IMG/VR virus record: IMGVR_UViG_3300048855_000206
Location: 1-47,984 of that record
Length of the DNA stretch: 47,984 nt
Strand: one strand, 5' to 3'
DNA from: a virus
Taxonomy: Duplodnaviria > Caudoviricetes
Made by a program: the position numbers and the translations under genes. Below are positions 7,949-17,084 of this stretch, one piece after another (the first letter of the stretch is position 1; every line of letters begins with the position of its first letter). The notes beneath the pieces are model-generated. The model was not told the origin of the DNA, did not search any database, and saw only the letters and a list, made by a program, of their open reading frames with translations.

Positions 7949-8206
7949 ATGGTCATTACCGTCGAGGAGAGAACCCCGGTGAGTTCCGTCGTGAAAGCCG
8001 TCTTGGACGAGGCCAGTAGCGAGGCCCCTATCAGAATGACGCTACTCCTGAGTACGGGGACGCTTATCGTCGGAACGGTAGAGAACCATAGCGGATGCAT
8101 CACGGTCTCTAAGGCGGCTGTCGCGTTCGACGGAACTCATGCACGTGACGTGAAGGATAAGCTCTACGTGGAAGGAGCGTCAGTCGTGGCCGCATACAAG
8201 GTCTGA
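7949..8206 (+). CDS. hypothetical beta-rich protein, possibly Sm/LSm-like
   Basis: IRMTLLLSTGTLIVGTV...KLYVEGASVVAAYK; preceded by GGAAC-N17-GTCT. Confidence 0.55.
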   Translation: MVITVEERTPVSSVVKAVLDEASSEAPIRMTLLLSTGTLIVGTVENHSGCITVSKAAVAFDGTHARDVKDKLYVEGASVVAAYKV

Positions 8207-8866
8207 CGATCTTCTCGCCTATGGCGCAGGCCATGCTGCCGACCCGGATCTACTGCGCCGGGTGCCGTCCTTTGCTGAACGCGAGCTGAGCAGAAGCAGG
8301 CTCGTCAAGCGACCGTTGCCTGGGTGGCCGCGATGCCTAGCCAGTAGGACAGATGACGCTCGGCCTTTCCCAGGTTGTTCCAATCCTCTCGTGTCCTGTA
8401 GTAGGTCGCGAGGCGCTCCCAGGAGCGAGCTTCTTGTAGGGCGTAGCACATGGTCACCCTCCCTCAAGCTGGACGGCGGCGTGCGTCGACTACGTTGAAT
8501 TCCGCCAGTTACCATTGCAGGCTTGCCTGGTCTTACGGTCTACCAGCGTCTAAAACCGCTCGACCTCCGCGCGTCGCTCCCGTCCTCATCATCGGCCGTT
8601 CTTCTTTGGCGCCACGGTACTGCCGACGGGCTTGCGGGACCAACCTGCGGACGTCGCCTGACTGAAACTGGCCAAATGTCAATCACTCACGACCAAATGG
8701 TCCCTCGTTTTCCCCGATAATGTTCAACATTCTTACCTTAATTTAACGTGATCGAACTCCACGAAAACTCTGCTCTCAAATGCACAACCTCATGGTGTAC
8801 CCTCTCCGGTGAGGAAGAGGCGCCTCCCCAGCATAGTCGGGATGACTAGCGCACCGCGAAGGATGG

Positions 8867-9646
8867 ATGCGGGTCCTGTTTGAACAGGCAATCTCGACCA
8901 TGTCGGGCAATGCACTATCGCGAGTTCCGTTCGCCGAGTGTGACACTAGTACAACTCCACCACGCACAGTCACCACCTCCTCGACTGCCGAGAAGCGTTT
9001 TGTTCTCATCATCTCCAATGGGCTGTTCAGCCAGTGCCTGCTGACCTCGTTCCGAATGGCCGATCCGGGGGTCGTCTACGAGGCCCATTCGAGCATTTCC
9101 AGTTGGCGGAGCGCTGCGTCCGCGCCCCGTACGTCGATCGTCATCCTTTTCGCGTCGACTAGCGGAGAGGGTGACGCTTCTGTACTGAACCGCGACGCGC
9201 TCCGGATCGGCCAGACCGCCCCCGCAGTCCGCTACGTCGTCATGTCGGATCGTGACGAGCCCCAGGAAATCCTTCAGGCAATCAAGACGGGTGCCCAGGG
9301 TTTCATCCCGACCACCATGGAAGTGCAGACCATCGTCCGGGCGCTTCATTTTGTCGACAGCGGCGGCGTCTTCGTTCCGGCGGCCAGCCTGCTGGCACTC
9401 TCGGAGGCGAGTAAGTCGGGAAATGGGCCGACGACAGATTCTGGTCCGCTGTCTCCCAAGGAGATGTCCGTTGCGGTGGCCCTCGGCAAAGGAGCGCCAA
9501 ACAAGATCATCGCCTACGAGCTGAACCTTTGCGAGAGCACCGTGAAGGTCCATGTTCGCAACATCATGAAAAAGCTGAAGGCGAGAAACAGGACCGAAAT
9601 CGCCCTCATCAGCCGCAAGCTCTTTCCGCAGCAGATAGGCAAATGA
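8867..9646 (+). CDS. LuxR/NarL-family regulator with degenerate receiver domain
   Basis: VVMSDRDEP...GAQGFIPT...GGVFVP; HTH NKIIAYELNLCESTVKVHVRNIMKKLKARNRTE. Confidence 0.92.
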   Translation: MRVLFEQAISTMSGNALSRVPFAECDTSTTPPRTVTTSSTAEKRFVLIISNGLFSQCLLTSFRMADPGVVYEAHSSISSWRSAASAPRTSIVILFASTSGEGDASVLNRDALRIGQTAPAVRYVVMSDRDEPQEILQAIKTGAQGFIPTTMEVQTIVRALHFVDSGGVFVPAASLLALSEASKSGNGPTTDSGPLSPKEMSVAVALGKGAPNKIIAYELNLCESTVKVHVRNIMKKLKARNRTEIALISRKLFPQQIGK

Positions 9647-9836
9647 CCCGGCGGCATTCCTCACGCTGAGGAAGCCACTCACAATTCGGTAACCTCCATG
9701 AACCAACCTCCGCCCGCCCCGTCAGGGGTCGGAGGGGTGGGGAGAGAGGCCTCGAACCAGCGGAGCAAGATCGGCGCTGGTGCTCCGTGCCCGGTGCAAG
9801 CCGGCCCCTTCCGTCGTCAAGCGGACTCCAGACAAT

Positions 9837-10544
9837 CTAACTGAGGCTAGCTCCGAAGAGAGAGCTGACGGTCATTGCAAACTCAGTGCGGTTTTTGGCC
9901 CTCAACTTCTTCATCACATTGCGGGCGTGAACCTTTACCGCGCTGATCCTCAAGTTGAGTTCGAGCGCAATGGCCTTGTCTGGAGCACCTCTGCTCATGG
10001 CTCTGGCGACGGGATATTCGTCGGCCGTAAACGGAACTGTTCCCTCTGCGATACTCGGGATCGAGCCGCTCGCGTTCTGGAGCGCAAGAAAATGCGATGC
10101 CGGGATGAAAATCCCACCAGCGCGGACGATGTAAAGCGCCCTTGCGATCCCTTCTACAGGCAAGGTGGTGGGTATGTAACCAGCGGCTCCGCTCCGCAAT
10201 GCTCGCAAGGTTTGCTCAGGATCTTCGCACTCAGATAGAACGACGAAGGGAACGGACGCTGTCGAGTTCTCCGATTGCAGGTTCCTGCCACTCCCGCCCG
10301 GTGACACGAGGCCGAACTCCTTGCACCAAATAACCAGGACGGAGGTATCCCGGCTTCTGCCGGACTCATGCCATTCGTTGAGTGTGGCAAACATTTCAAC
10401 AGCGGAGCGCTTGTCCACCGTTAGTAGAGCGCAGGCGAGGTCGTGCAGAAACAGCGAGTCCGAACCTATAAGCGCGAAATGATTTCGAACAATGCGATCG
10501 GTGATCGTCTCGCTGCGCCGTGCCTTCTCAACACTGATTAGCAT
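9837..10544 (-). CDS. LuxR/NarL-family regulator with degenerate receiver domain (paralog)
   Basis: FVVLSECEDP...GAAGYIPT...GGIFIP; HTH DKAIALELNLRISAVKVHARNVMKKLRAKNRTE. Confidence 0.88.
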   Translation of the reverse strand: MLISVEKARRSETITDRIVRNHFALIGSDSLFLHDLACALLTVDKRSAVEMFATLNEWHESGRSRDTSVLVIWCKEFGLVSPGGSGRNLQSENSTASVPFVVLSECEDPEQTLRALRSGAAGYIPTTLPVEGIARALYIVRAGGIFIPASHFLALQNASGSIPSIAEGTVPFTADEYPVARAMSRGAPDKAIALELNLRISAVKVHARNVMKKLRAKNRTEFAMTVSSLFGASLS

Positions 10545-10780
10545 ATCTGCCTCTCACGCACGGCCATTGGGGCTTGGACCAAAGCAGTGGCGCGCCCAAC
10601 ACTTGGTGATGGCTCTAGAACCATCGCCCCGCCAAGCGTACGAAGATCTGAAACGATTTAGTATGGCTCCAAATTAGTGAAACATACCTATTTTGGTACG
10701 TCGTCAAATCAACTGACCTCACAAATCACCGCAGACGATCCTAATGGCCGCAGGCTAACCAAGGATGCGGCTCACATGCT

Positions 10781-11119
10781 CTACCCAGCCCGCCTTGCCG
10801 GTGAGCGCTGCTCGAACACCCTGTCGAGGCGTTCATGCACGCCGTCAATGCGGCCGACGACGCCTTCAATAGCCCTCATGATTTGGGCGGTCTGCTCCTG
10901 CATTCCCGCCTTGGTCGCATATGTCTCTGCGACGTGAAGCTTATGCTCGGAAAGCTGAGCCTGCGTCATGCTGGCAAGGGCCATCGCGGCGTCGGCTTTC
11001 GTGCTGCCCCGGCTCTCCGCCTGCGACACGCGGGTATCGATGCGCCACCACGCCCCTGCCGCGGCGCCGATGAGTACCAAGACGAACCCGACGAGCTTGA
11101 ACAGTTCCTCGTAGGTCAC
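10781..11119 (-). CDS. phage membrane-anchored coiled-coil protein at the end of the lysis cassette
   Basis: N-terminal TM helix; HKLHVAETYATK; GTGA overlap with the o-spanin. Confidence 0.75.
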   Translation of the reverse strand: MTYEELFKLVGFVLVLIGAAAGAWWRIDTRVSQAESRGSTKADAAMALASMTQAQLSEHKLHVAETYATKAGMQEQTAQIMRAIEGVVGRIDGVHERLDRVFEQRSPARRAG

Positions 11120-11409
11120 GGCGTCGGCTCCGGGCCACGCAGACCGGCATCGCGCTTGGCGTAGAAGTCACGCAGGCCGCCGAAGCGGGACGCGCACTCA
11201 ATGAGCGAAACGCGGTCCTGTATCCAATACCGCTCGATGTCTTCCTGCGGCATGGCGCCCTCCGGCAGGGTGGACGGGCCGCGGCAGTTCTTCGTCAGCA
11301 CCGAGTCCGGCTCGACGAGCTGGGGTGCCGGTGGCGGGCTAGCCACAATGCGCGGCCCGCAGCCGACCAGCATCAGGGCCGTAAGCGCGGCCAGTACGAA
11401 ACGCTTCAT
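11116..11409 (-). CDS. o-spanin (Rz1-like lipoprotein)
   Basis: Lipobox LVGC, Pro-rich linker, further Cys residues, W..DR..L..C motif; follows the i-spanin. Confidence 0.85.
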   Translation of the reverse strand: MKRFVLAALTALMLVGCGPRIVASPPPAPQLVEPDSVLTKNCRGPSTLPEGAMPQEDIERYWIQDRVSLIECASRFGGLRDFYAKRDAGLRGPEPTP

Positions 11410-11783
11410 CTGATGCTCCCAATGCGTCCGACGCTTTCCGGGCTTAGACCGATGCGGTCGCGGTCCGGATCCTGCGCCGCTTCATCGGCAAGGCGGTCGA
11501 CCTGCTCCTGCAGGGCGTCCCGCTCCGCTTCGATTTGGGCGATCCGCTGGCGCTCGAAGACCTTAGCGGCGTTGCCGGCTGCGTTCTGGCGCTCGATTTC
11601 TGCCGCTCTAGCGTCGGCTATGGCGACTTCCCGCGCTTCGTACTTGGCCTCCCACGAGGCGGTGACGGCGGCATGCGTCCACGAATAGCTGAACCATGCC
11701 GTCGCCCCGTTGGTCAGGACCAAGAGGCCCAGCATGGCGGCGAGCAGGTACGGCGCGAAGGGGCCGAGAATGGCCTTGATCAT
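11406..11783 (-). CDS. i-spanin (Rz-like)
   Basis: N-terminal TM plus long Ala/Glu coiled coil; 4-nt overlaps on both sides. Confidence 0.82.
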   Translation of the reverse strand: MIKAILGPFAPYLLAAMLGLLVLTNGATAWFSYSWTHAAVTASWEAKYEAREVAIADARAAEIERQNAAGNAAKVFERQRIAQIEAERDALQEQVDRLADEAAQDPDRDRIGLSPESVGRIGSIR

Positions 11784-12127
11784 CCGGCGAAATCCTTCGG
11801 AGGTTCGGTGGTCGTGGTTGTCGTGGTGGTCGGCAAGGCGTCGAGGCCGTCGCCGCCGCCCTGCCCGCGCCCAGCGATGGCTACGAGCACCCGGCGGAAG
11901 TCCAAATGCCCGATGCCCGTGTAGGCCCCGTACAGGAGCCCCACGAGGCCGAGCGCGCTAACGACGGCCTCGGACTGCTCGTGGCTGATGCCGTAGAACA
12001 CCGCGACCCAGGCCAGCGCGCCGTTGATGACCAGCAAGACCTTGGAGAACCGGCGGCTGCTCACCTTGTCCGGGAGGACCAGCGGCTTGGCTGCCGGGCT
12101 AGGCTTCGTTCGTGGAGAGCTTGCCAT
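11780..12127 (-). CDS. putative holin
   Basis: Two TM helices, located between endolysin and spanins. Confidence 0.7.
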   Translation of the reverse strand: MASSPRTKPSPAAKPLVLPDKVSSRRFSKVLLVINGALAWVAVFYGISHEQSEAVVSALGLVGLLYGAYTGIGHLDFRRVLVAIAGRGQGGGDGLDALPTTTTTTTTEPPKDFAG

Positions 12128-12605
12128 CCGACCTCAACAGGGGGAGCTTGGAGAAGCCAACGAGGTCGGGGACGGGTTCGCCCGTCGGCCACGTGTACGC
12201 GAGCACGCGGGCCATATCGAAGGGCACGATGCTGACCGCATTGCCCTGATTGCCGCCGAGCACCATCAGGTTGCCCGCAGCGTCCCGGCCGACGACAAAG
12301 CCGACGTGGCCCGACCAGCCGTTGCGCGAGCCGCGCCAGAAGCTGACGATTGCACCAACTGCCGGCCCCGTCAGGCGGGTGCCGTAACGGGCATAGGAGC
12401 GGGCCGCGGCGCTGCGAGTGGAGCGGATGCCCGTCTCTTCCAGCACGCCGCCAACAAAGCCGGCGCACCATGCCGTCTCGTCGTCGCGGAACGCCTGGCC
12501 GATCTTCGACCACCAGTTGATGATGACGGGGTTGTGCCGGGTGCCGGGAACTTCGCGCAGGCCGACATAGCGCCGGGCTCCGGTGAGCCAGCGTGGTTCA
12601 GACAT
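12099..12605 (-). CDS. endolysin, TIGR02594 family (NlpC/P60-CHAP-like peptidase)
   Basis: DDETAWCAGFVG, GHVGFVVG, VLGGNQGNAVS; SD AAGGA before MSEPRW. Confidence 0.92.
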   Translation of the reverse strand: MSEPRWLTGARRYVGLREVPGTRHNPVIINWWSKIGQAFRDDETAWCAGFVGGVLEETGIRSTRSAAARSYARYGTRLTGPAVGAIVSFWRGSRNGWSGHVGFVVGRDAAGNLMVLGGNQGNAVSIVPFDMARVLAYTWPTGEPVPDLVGFSKLPLLRSDGKLSTNEA

Positions 12606-12647
12606 GTGGTGGTCCTTCGTGGAGGGCCGCGGTGGTGGCGCGGGCAT

Positions 12648-12671
12648 AAAAAAAGCCGCCCGGAGGCGGCT
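12648..12671 (-). terminator. Rho-independent terminator
   Basis: Minus strand AGCCGCC-TCCG-GGCGGCT followed by a T run. Confidence 0.75.
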
Positions 12672-12704
12672 GGTGAAAACGTTGGATTCTGAGGAATACG
12701 ATCA

Positions 12705-13286
12705 ATGAGAAGCATATGCGCCGCCTGGGCCGCATTGGCGCTGACGACAGGCCCGAGCGCTCACGCTGAGATGACCAACCCGGTCGAAGTGTTGGCTTCA
12801 GTGTGTTTTTCGCCCGACGGGAATTGCCTCGAGGATATGCTCACCGCTCTTGAACATGCGGAGGGAGAGGTCCGCATTCAGGTCATGAACTTTACGCTAC
12901 AGCGCTTGGCGGACGCTCTCATCCAAGCTCATGGACGGGGCATTGATGTCGAAATCATCCTTGCGCAAAGCCATCAGGAATCGGCAGACGATCCGGACGT
13001 TTGCCAAGACGACGAATGGTCCGAGTTGATCGCCTACCGCCTCGCCTCAGCTGGCATTCCAGTCTGGATCGATGCTGAGGTCAGGACCGCCCACAACAAG
13101 GTGATGATCATTGACAGGCGCCTCGTGATAGGCGGGTCTTACAATTACACCTACTCCGCCGAGAGCCGGAACGCCGAAAACGTGACCTTTACTTGGTCGT
13201 TGGAGTTCGCCGACGCTTACCTCGCGAACTGGCAAGAGCGGCGCTCCTTCTCCGCTCCGTATCGTGCGCCTCAGTGTGCGAGTTGA
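12705..13286 (+). CDS. phospholipase D-family nuclease (Nuc-like) with signal peptide; moron
   Basis: Signal peptide ending AHA; VCFSPDG; single HKD HNKVMIID...GSYNYTYSAESRNAEN. Confidence 0.9.
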   Translation: MRSICAAWAALALTTGPSAHAEMTNPVEVLASVCFSPDGNCLEDMLTALEHAEGEVRIQVMNFTLQRLADALIQAHGRGIDVEIILAQSHQESADDPDVCQDDEWSELIAYRLASAGIPVWIDAEVRTAHNKVMIIDRRLVIGGSYNYTYSAESRNAENVTFTWSLEFADAYLANWQERRSFSAPYRAPQCAS

Positions 13287-13743
13287 CGGCAGAAAGCCGC
13301 TGGTGGGATGGGAAGAAAGGGGCGCTGTCAGCGCGCCGCTTGAGTGCTCAGTTCAGGGATGCGGATCGCCCGCAGCGCCCCGCCGAAAAAAGGAGCCCCG
13401 CTCATGACCGGCAGGGCCAAGCCCCGTGATCACGCACCGCGGTTGCTTTCGAGATCGGAAGCTGCCGCATATGGTCAAAGCAGGCGCAGCAGAAGAAGAG
13501 GCGGACGGCTACCGGCTAACTGAAGTGGGCGGGAAAGAATGCGTGCGGTACAGAGCGCGAGACGAGATACTCATGCGCGGATGAGCGCGAGGAAGATTCG
13601 AGCTTGGTCAGCGAAGCATCTCAGACGTATGAGGCGTGACAGCGGAGCACTCTGCCCGAGCAACTCATCGGTGGGAAAAACGCCTGCCACGTAGGCCCGC
13701 TTCACCTCTTTATGTATAGTCAATAAAAATCGGGAGGGGAGTT

Positions 13744-13944
13744 ATGGCGCAATACTGTGTCAACCGAAACGCACAACCCAACGGGGACCACGAGGTTCAT
13801 ACGACAGCGCGTACGTATTTTCCCAGAGATATATCGATCTAGGGTTTCACGCCGAGTGCAGCTCGGCCGTCCCGCGAAGCTAAGCGGTACTACACACGAT
13901 GTAACGGATGATATTGGTGCTCGCGGGCCTGTCATACCAGCTAA
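13744..13944 (+). pseudogene. frameshifted small Cys/His-rich protein
   Basis: SD GGGAG; MAQYCVNRNAQPNGDHEVH, then shifted DLGFHAECSSAV and REAKRYYTRCNG*YWCSRACHTS. Confidence 0.7.
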
Positions 13945-13956
13945 GACCGACGCCGT

Positions 13957-14778
13957 TCAGCTAGCGAGCGTTACAGACGCCGCACGCCATAGACCCACTC
14001 CGAACACCGTGTATCCAGAGATTGCACAGAGGATAGCGGAAATACGAAGCGGCTCTCCCAATTTTCCTATCCAGTGACTGTTGGTTGCCGCGTGAAAGGC
14101 GACCTGTGCTAAGTATGAGAGTCCCGACACTACGCCACCCAAAAGAGCACCCACCCCGAAAAGCGTGAGTGCACCCGAAAACTCAGATGCAAGGCCCTGC
14201 TGTTCGTTTGCGACCAGGTGCCCAACGAAGGCCAATATTGCAACCGCGGCGCCGCCGTTCAGCAACATCAAGTTTTTGATTGCTAGACTAGCAAAGGAGA
14301 TTACCGCCTGCAGCACCGCTAGTTCGCTATCGAGTTGTATGCGCTGTCGCTCGATGTCGTGACCCGAAAGCGCAATTCGCTGGTCTACACTCAGCGTCGG
14401 CTCCTGCGTAGCGAGCGCCTTTCCTCGCTCCTCACTCAGCGAAAGTGCCATATGCCACTGCCTGTATTTCTGCAGGCCACCCAGGACCGACACGGCACTG
14501 TCCATCAAAGCGGTCAAACGAGGAGCGTTCGTATAGTCCTCAACCGCAGCTAGGCGAAACACCATTTCCGCCTGCTCCGCGAGCCTAGCGACGTCCCCAA
14601 GATCATCACGTCCGAGAGCGCATTCGCGTAAAGCGCGAGCATGTTCTACCGGTTGGACTCCTTGGGGCGGATCGACACCAGAAAGCGCCTTAACAAGTTG
14701 GCTGGCTTCGCTCCCCACCATGATGAGGAGAGCTTCAAACCTACCTGCGAGTCTTTCTTGGCCGACAGGCTGAGACAT
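13957..14778 (-). CDS. hypothetical membrane protein (soluble N-terminus plus 3 TM)
   Basis: 273 aa; C-terminal LLNGGAAVAILAF and two further hydrophobic helices; AT-richer than the structural genes. Confidence 0.8.
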   Translation of the reverse strand: MSQPVGQERLAGRFEALLIMVGSEASQLVKALSGVDPPQGVQPVEHARALRECALGRDDLGDVARLAEQAEMVFRLAAVEDYTNAPRLTALMDSAVSVLGGLQKYRQWHMALSLSEERGKALATQEPTLSVDQRIALSGHDIERQRIQLDSELAVLQAVISFASLAIKNLMLLNGGAAVAILAFVGHLVANEQQGLASEFSGALTLFGVGALLGGVVSGLSYLAQVAFHAATNSHWIGKLGEPLRISAILCAISGYTVFGVGLWRAASVTLAS

Positions 14779-14950
14779 TTTCCGCCCCCGTGAGGGCTGC
14801 AGGTTAGCTTAACTCAGCCATCCTCGCCTAGTTGTTGTGCCTCGGTGCAACGGCCTGCGATGTATGGACTGCGAGCGGGTCGCCACGAAACAAGAGTGGC
14901 ACAGTGATTTCAACAGAATGCATGGGGCGTGCAACACCCCATGAGTACAA

Positions 14951-16069
14951 TCACCTTCGGCGCTCAATCTCGTCTGCCCACTCAAATCGAGCCTTCATCC
15001 AGTTCAGTTGCGACCACTCGACCAGCCCCCGATGCTGCAGCATCCCCACGACGATTCCTGCGTGGATACCAACTGTCTTAGCAAACGACGATATGGCGGC
15101 TCCGCCAGCCGGCTTCGTGGCGCAGAACGACTCAAATTCCGCAGTTCCTACTAGCTCCTCCTCGGCAAAACAGTCGGCCTCCCTTTCTACGCCGTCACCT
15201 TCGCCGTTTTGATCGTCAGCGAAATTCATCCCCCGATGGAGCACAAGGTGGCCAGCTTCGTGGAAAAACGTCCACCAGAAATGATCGTTACTTTTCATCC
15301 TGAGAGACATTTGGATGATTGCGCGGTCCTCGCTTAACCAACGGGCGGATCCAAATAAACAGGTTTTACTGATAGGCTTCTCAAAAACTATTGCAACGCC
15401 AGCGTCTCGACACAGAGAAATCATCCGAGGCTCGAAGACCGCAGGCTCCTCGACAGTGAGTTCGCGGATTGCCCTCAAGGCGTCGCGGAAACGGTCAGGC
15501 TGATAGCTTGGTAGATCCATTTCACGTGCGCGCTGCTCGCCGACCATTAGCCAGGCGAACACGTGATGGGGCGAGCTTTGCCCCCGTTTGGCTTGCCGAT
15601 GATGAACAGCAAGCTTCTGAACGCGAGCATCGTAAGCGCCCGCGGTGCCAACGCCCAACAGGGCAAGAAGCGCTGCCATTTGATCCCCGGCATCCCGAGT
15701 GGGGGGAATGCATCCGCGGGCGACAAGTTCTCTGATCGGGAACTGCTTCATCCAAGCACTCGCCTCCGGCGCTTCCGCGCGGGCCGCCGCGTCTCGGCGG
15801 CGAGCTTCGTACAGGTCCCAATCAGCTTGGATTCCGGTCCAAATGTCTGCTTTCAGGCCCAGCACCCGCTCGAAGCGGATCGCCGTATCGGCGGTCACCG
15901 GATTAGATTTGCTCAAGATTGTGCTTACCAATTTGGGCGTCAATCCCGCCAAACGTGCAAAGTCCGCTTGTGAGAGCCCAAACTCCAAAAGGTATTCTTG
16001 AAGATGTTCCCCCGGATGTGTGGCCCAGTTCGGCGCCCAACTGCCCTGAATGTTCCAGGCGGAAGTCAT
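14951..16069 (-). CDS. higA: HigA-family antitoxin fused to an ImmA/IrrE Zn-metallopeptidase
   Basis: HPGEHLQEYL...SQADFARLAG...VTADTAIRFERVLG HTH; FWWTFFHEAGHLVLH (HExxH); EREADCFAEE. Confidence 0.9.
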   Translation of the reverse strand: MTSAWNIQGSWAPNWATHPGEHLQEYLLEFGLSQADFARLAGLTPKLVSTILSKSNPVTADTAIRFERVLGLKADIWTGIQADWDLYEARRRDAAARAEAPEASAWMKQFPIRELVARGCIPPTRDAGDQMAALLALLGVGTAGAYDARVQKLAVHHRQAKRGQSSPHHVFAWLMVGEQRAREMDLPSYQPDRFRDALRAIRELTVEEPAVFEPRMISLCRDAGVAIVFEKPISKTCLFGSARWLSEDRAIIQMSLRMKSNDHFWWTFFHEAGHLVLHRGMNFADDQNGEGDGVEREADCFAEEELVGTAEFESFCATKPAGGAAISSFAKTVGIHAGIVVGMLQHRGLVEWSQLNWMKARFEWADEIERRR

Positions 16070-16079
16070 GTCATCCCCA

Positions 16080-16418
16080 TCAGCTATCATGGTAATCGAC
16101 GATCTCATTAATCTCGATGGCCGTCACGGCATCCCGATCAATCCCGCCGTCTGGAAGCCGCGGGATCGGGTCGTTGGCTACGCGAAAAACGAGACGCTCA
16201 TTTGGTGACAGCTTTACGGCAAACTGTTCGTCCCTGTTGTTGGTGAGTTGGTGACATCGATCGGGTGGCCCCGTCGGTATGTCCGAAAGCCTTTTGGCCC
16301 TCGCCAGCACCGAAAGTCGGATCCTGAGTGCTGGTGCGAGCTGTCCGTAATACCGTCTAATACGGGATTCATCTGAGAGGTTCCGCTGGAGCCGCGCGCT
16401 ACCGAATGAGAGGTCCAT
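16080..16418 (-). CDS. higB: HigB/RelE-family toxin
   Basis: MDLSF...PDRCHQLTNNRDEQFAVKLSPNERLVF...IEINEIVDYH; toxin precedes antitoxin. Confidence 0.88.
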   Translation of the reverse strand: MDLSFGSARLQRNLSDESRIRRYYGQLAPALRIRLSVLARAKRLSDIPTGPPDRCHQLTNNRDEQFAVKLSPNERLVFRVANDPIPRLPDGGIDRDAVTAIEINEIVDYHDS

Positions 16419-16422
16419 TATG

Positions 16423-16466
16423 TTACGCCCGAGGTAATGCACGCGCCGTCATTACGCAATAGGTAA
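16423..16466. promoter_or_regulatory. two operator-like repeats upstream of higB
   Basis: TTACGC-NNN-AGGTAA at 16423-16437 and 16452-16466, each a TTAC-N7-GTAA palindrome. Confidence 0.7.
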
Positions 16467-16631
16467 CACGGGAAAGGACGCCTGTCTTCTCCAAATCACC
16501 TCCTAGGCATGGGTGTCCTTAGTGTGGCGCAAGTTAGCCCTACCGCCCGTGCCGGTTGGTCAGGAGTGAATGGCGGAGTTGTCGATGCCTACGGCCCGTG
16601 GGATGAATCGGCGACGAAACGGGAGGGGCTG

Positions 16632-16985
16632 GTGGAAACGAAGCAGGCGAAAGGCCGTCAGGGCTGGTGGTTCGCGGTGGTGGATGGGGTGCCATTGCCG
16701 TGTCTGCATAAGCACTGGCTGACGGGCGCGGACCTCTATCACGGCCCCTTCAAGCGTCATGAGGGAAAGGGCAATAAGAAGAGAATCATGGAGGCTGTTG
16801 AAGCCATCCAGAGTGGGCGCAGGGTAGTCTTAACGGACGACAAGGCAGAGCTCGACAGCAATGGAGATGTCACCGGCTTTGACCGTAAGAACTATATTGC
16901 GGTCTTTGAGGTGGACAACGTCACCTATTCGCCATCAGACGGACTCCGCTTGCGTTTGGTCAAGCGGATATTCAATTTAAAGTGA
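16632..16985 (+). CDS. hypothetical protein, divergent from higBA; moron
   Basis: GGGAGG SD before GTG 16632; 117 aa, beta-rich; ORF could extend to 16509. Confidence 0.7.
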   Translation: METKQAKGRQGWWFAVVDGVPLPCLHKHWLTGADLYHGPFKRHEGKGNKKRIMEAVEAIQSGRRVVLTDDKAELDSNGDVTGFDRKNYIAVFEVDNVTYSPSDGLRLRLVKRIFNLK

Positions 16986-17056
16986 CCACATTTTACGACT
17001 CGCACTGAATCCCACGGGCGTCCTCGAGAGCGAGATTCTCGGCTCGCTCTAGCCCC

Positions 17057-17084
17057 AAAGGGGGCGGGTTATGCCCGCCCCTTT
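17057..17084. terminator. bidirectional terminator between convergent genes
   Basis: AAAGGGGGCGGG-TTATG-CCCGCCCCTTT. Confidence 0.7.

Noticed and set aside
10545-10780. Possible left att site of the prophage
   Set aside because: No tRNA 3' fragment seen, and the partner att lies outside the window, so no repeat can be matched
13440-13585. Winged-helix-like fragment (MVKAGAAEEEADGYRLTEVG)
   Set aside because: Too short and lacks a credible start; cannot be assigned
13906-13920. In-frame TGA at a Cys position as selenocysteine
   Set aside because: The same gene carries two frameshifts, so decay is the simpler explanation
14951-16069. HTH-peptidase protein as the phage immunity repressor (ImmR/ImmA-like)
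   Set aside because: It has a HigA-type N-terminus, follows higB, has its own operators and is ~30 kb from the early region
16997-17038. Three GANTC sites in 42 bp
   Set aside because: Located between convergent gene ends with no promoter context; may be chance
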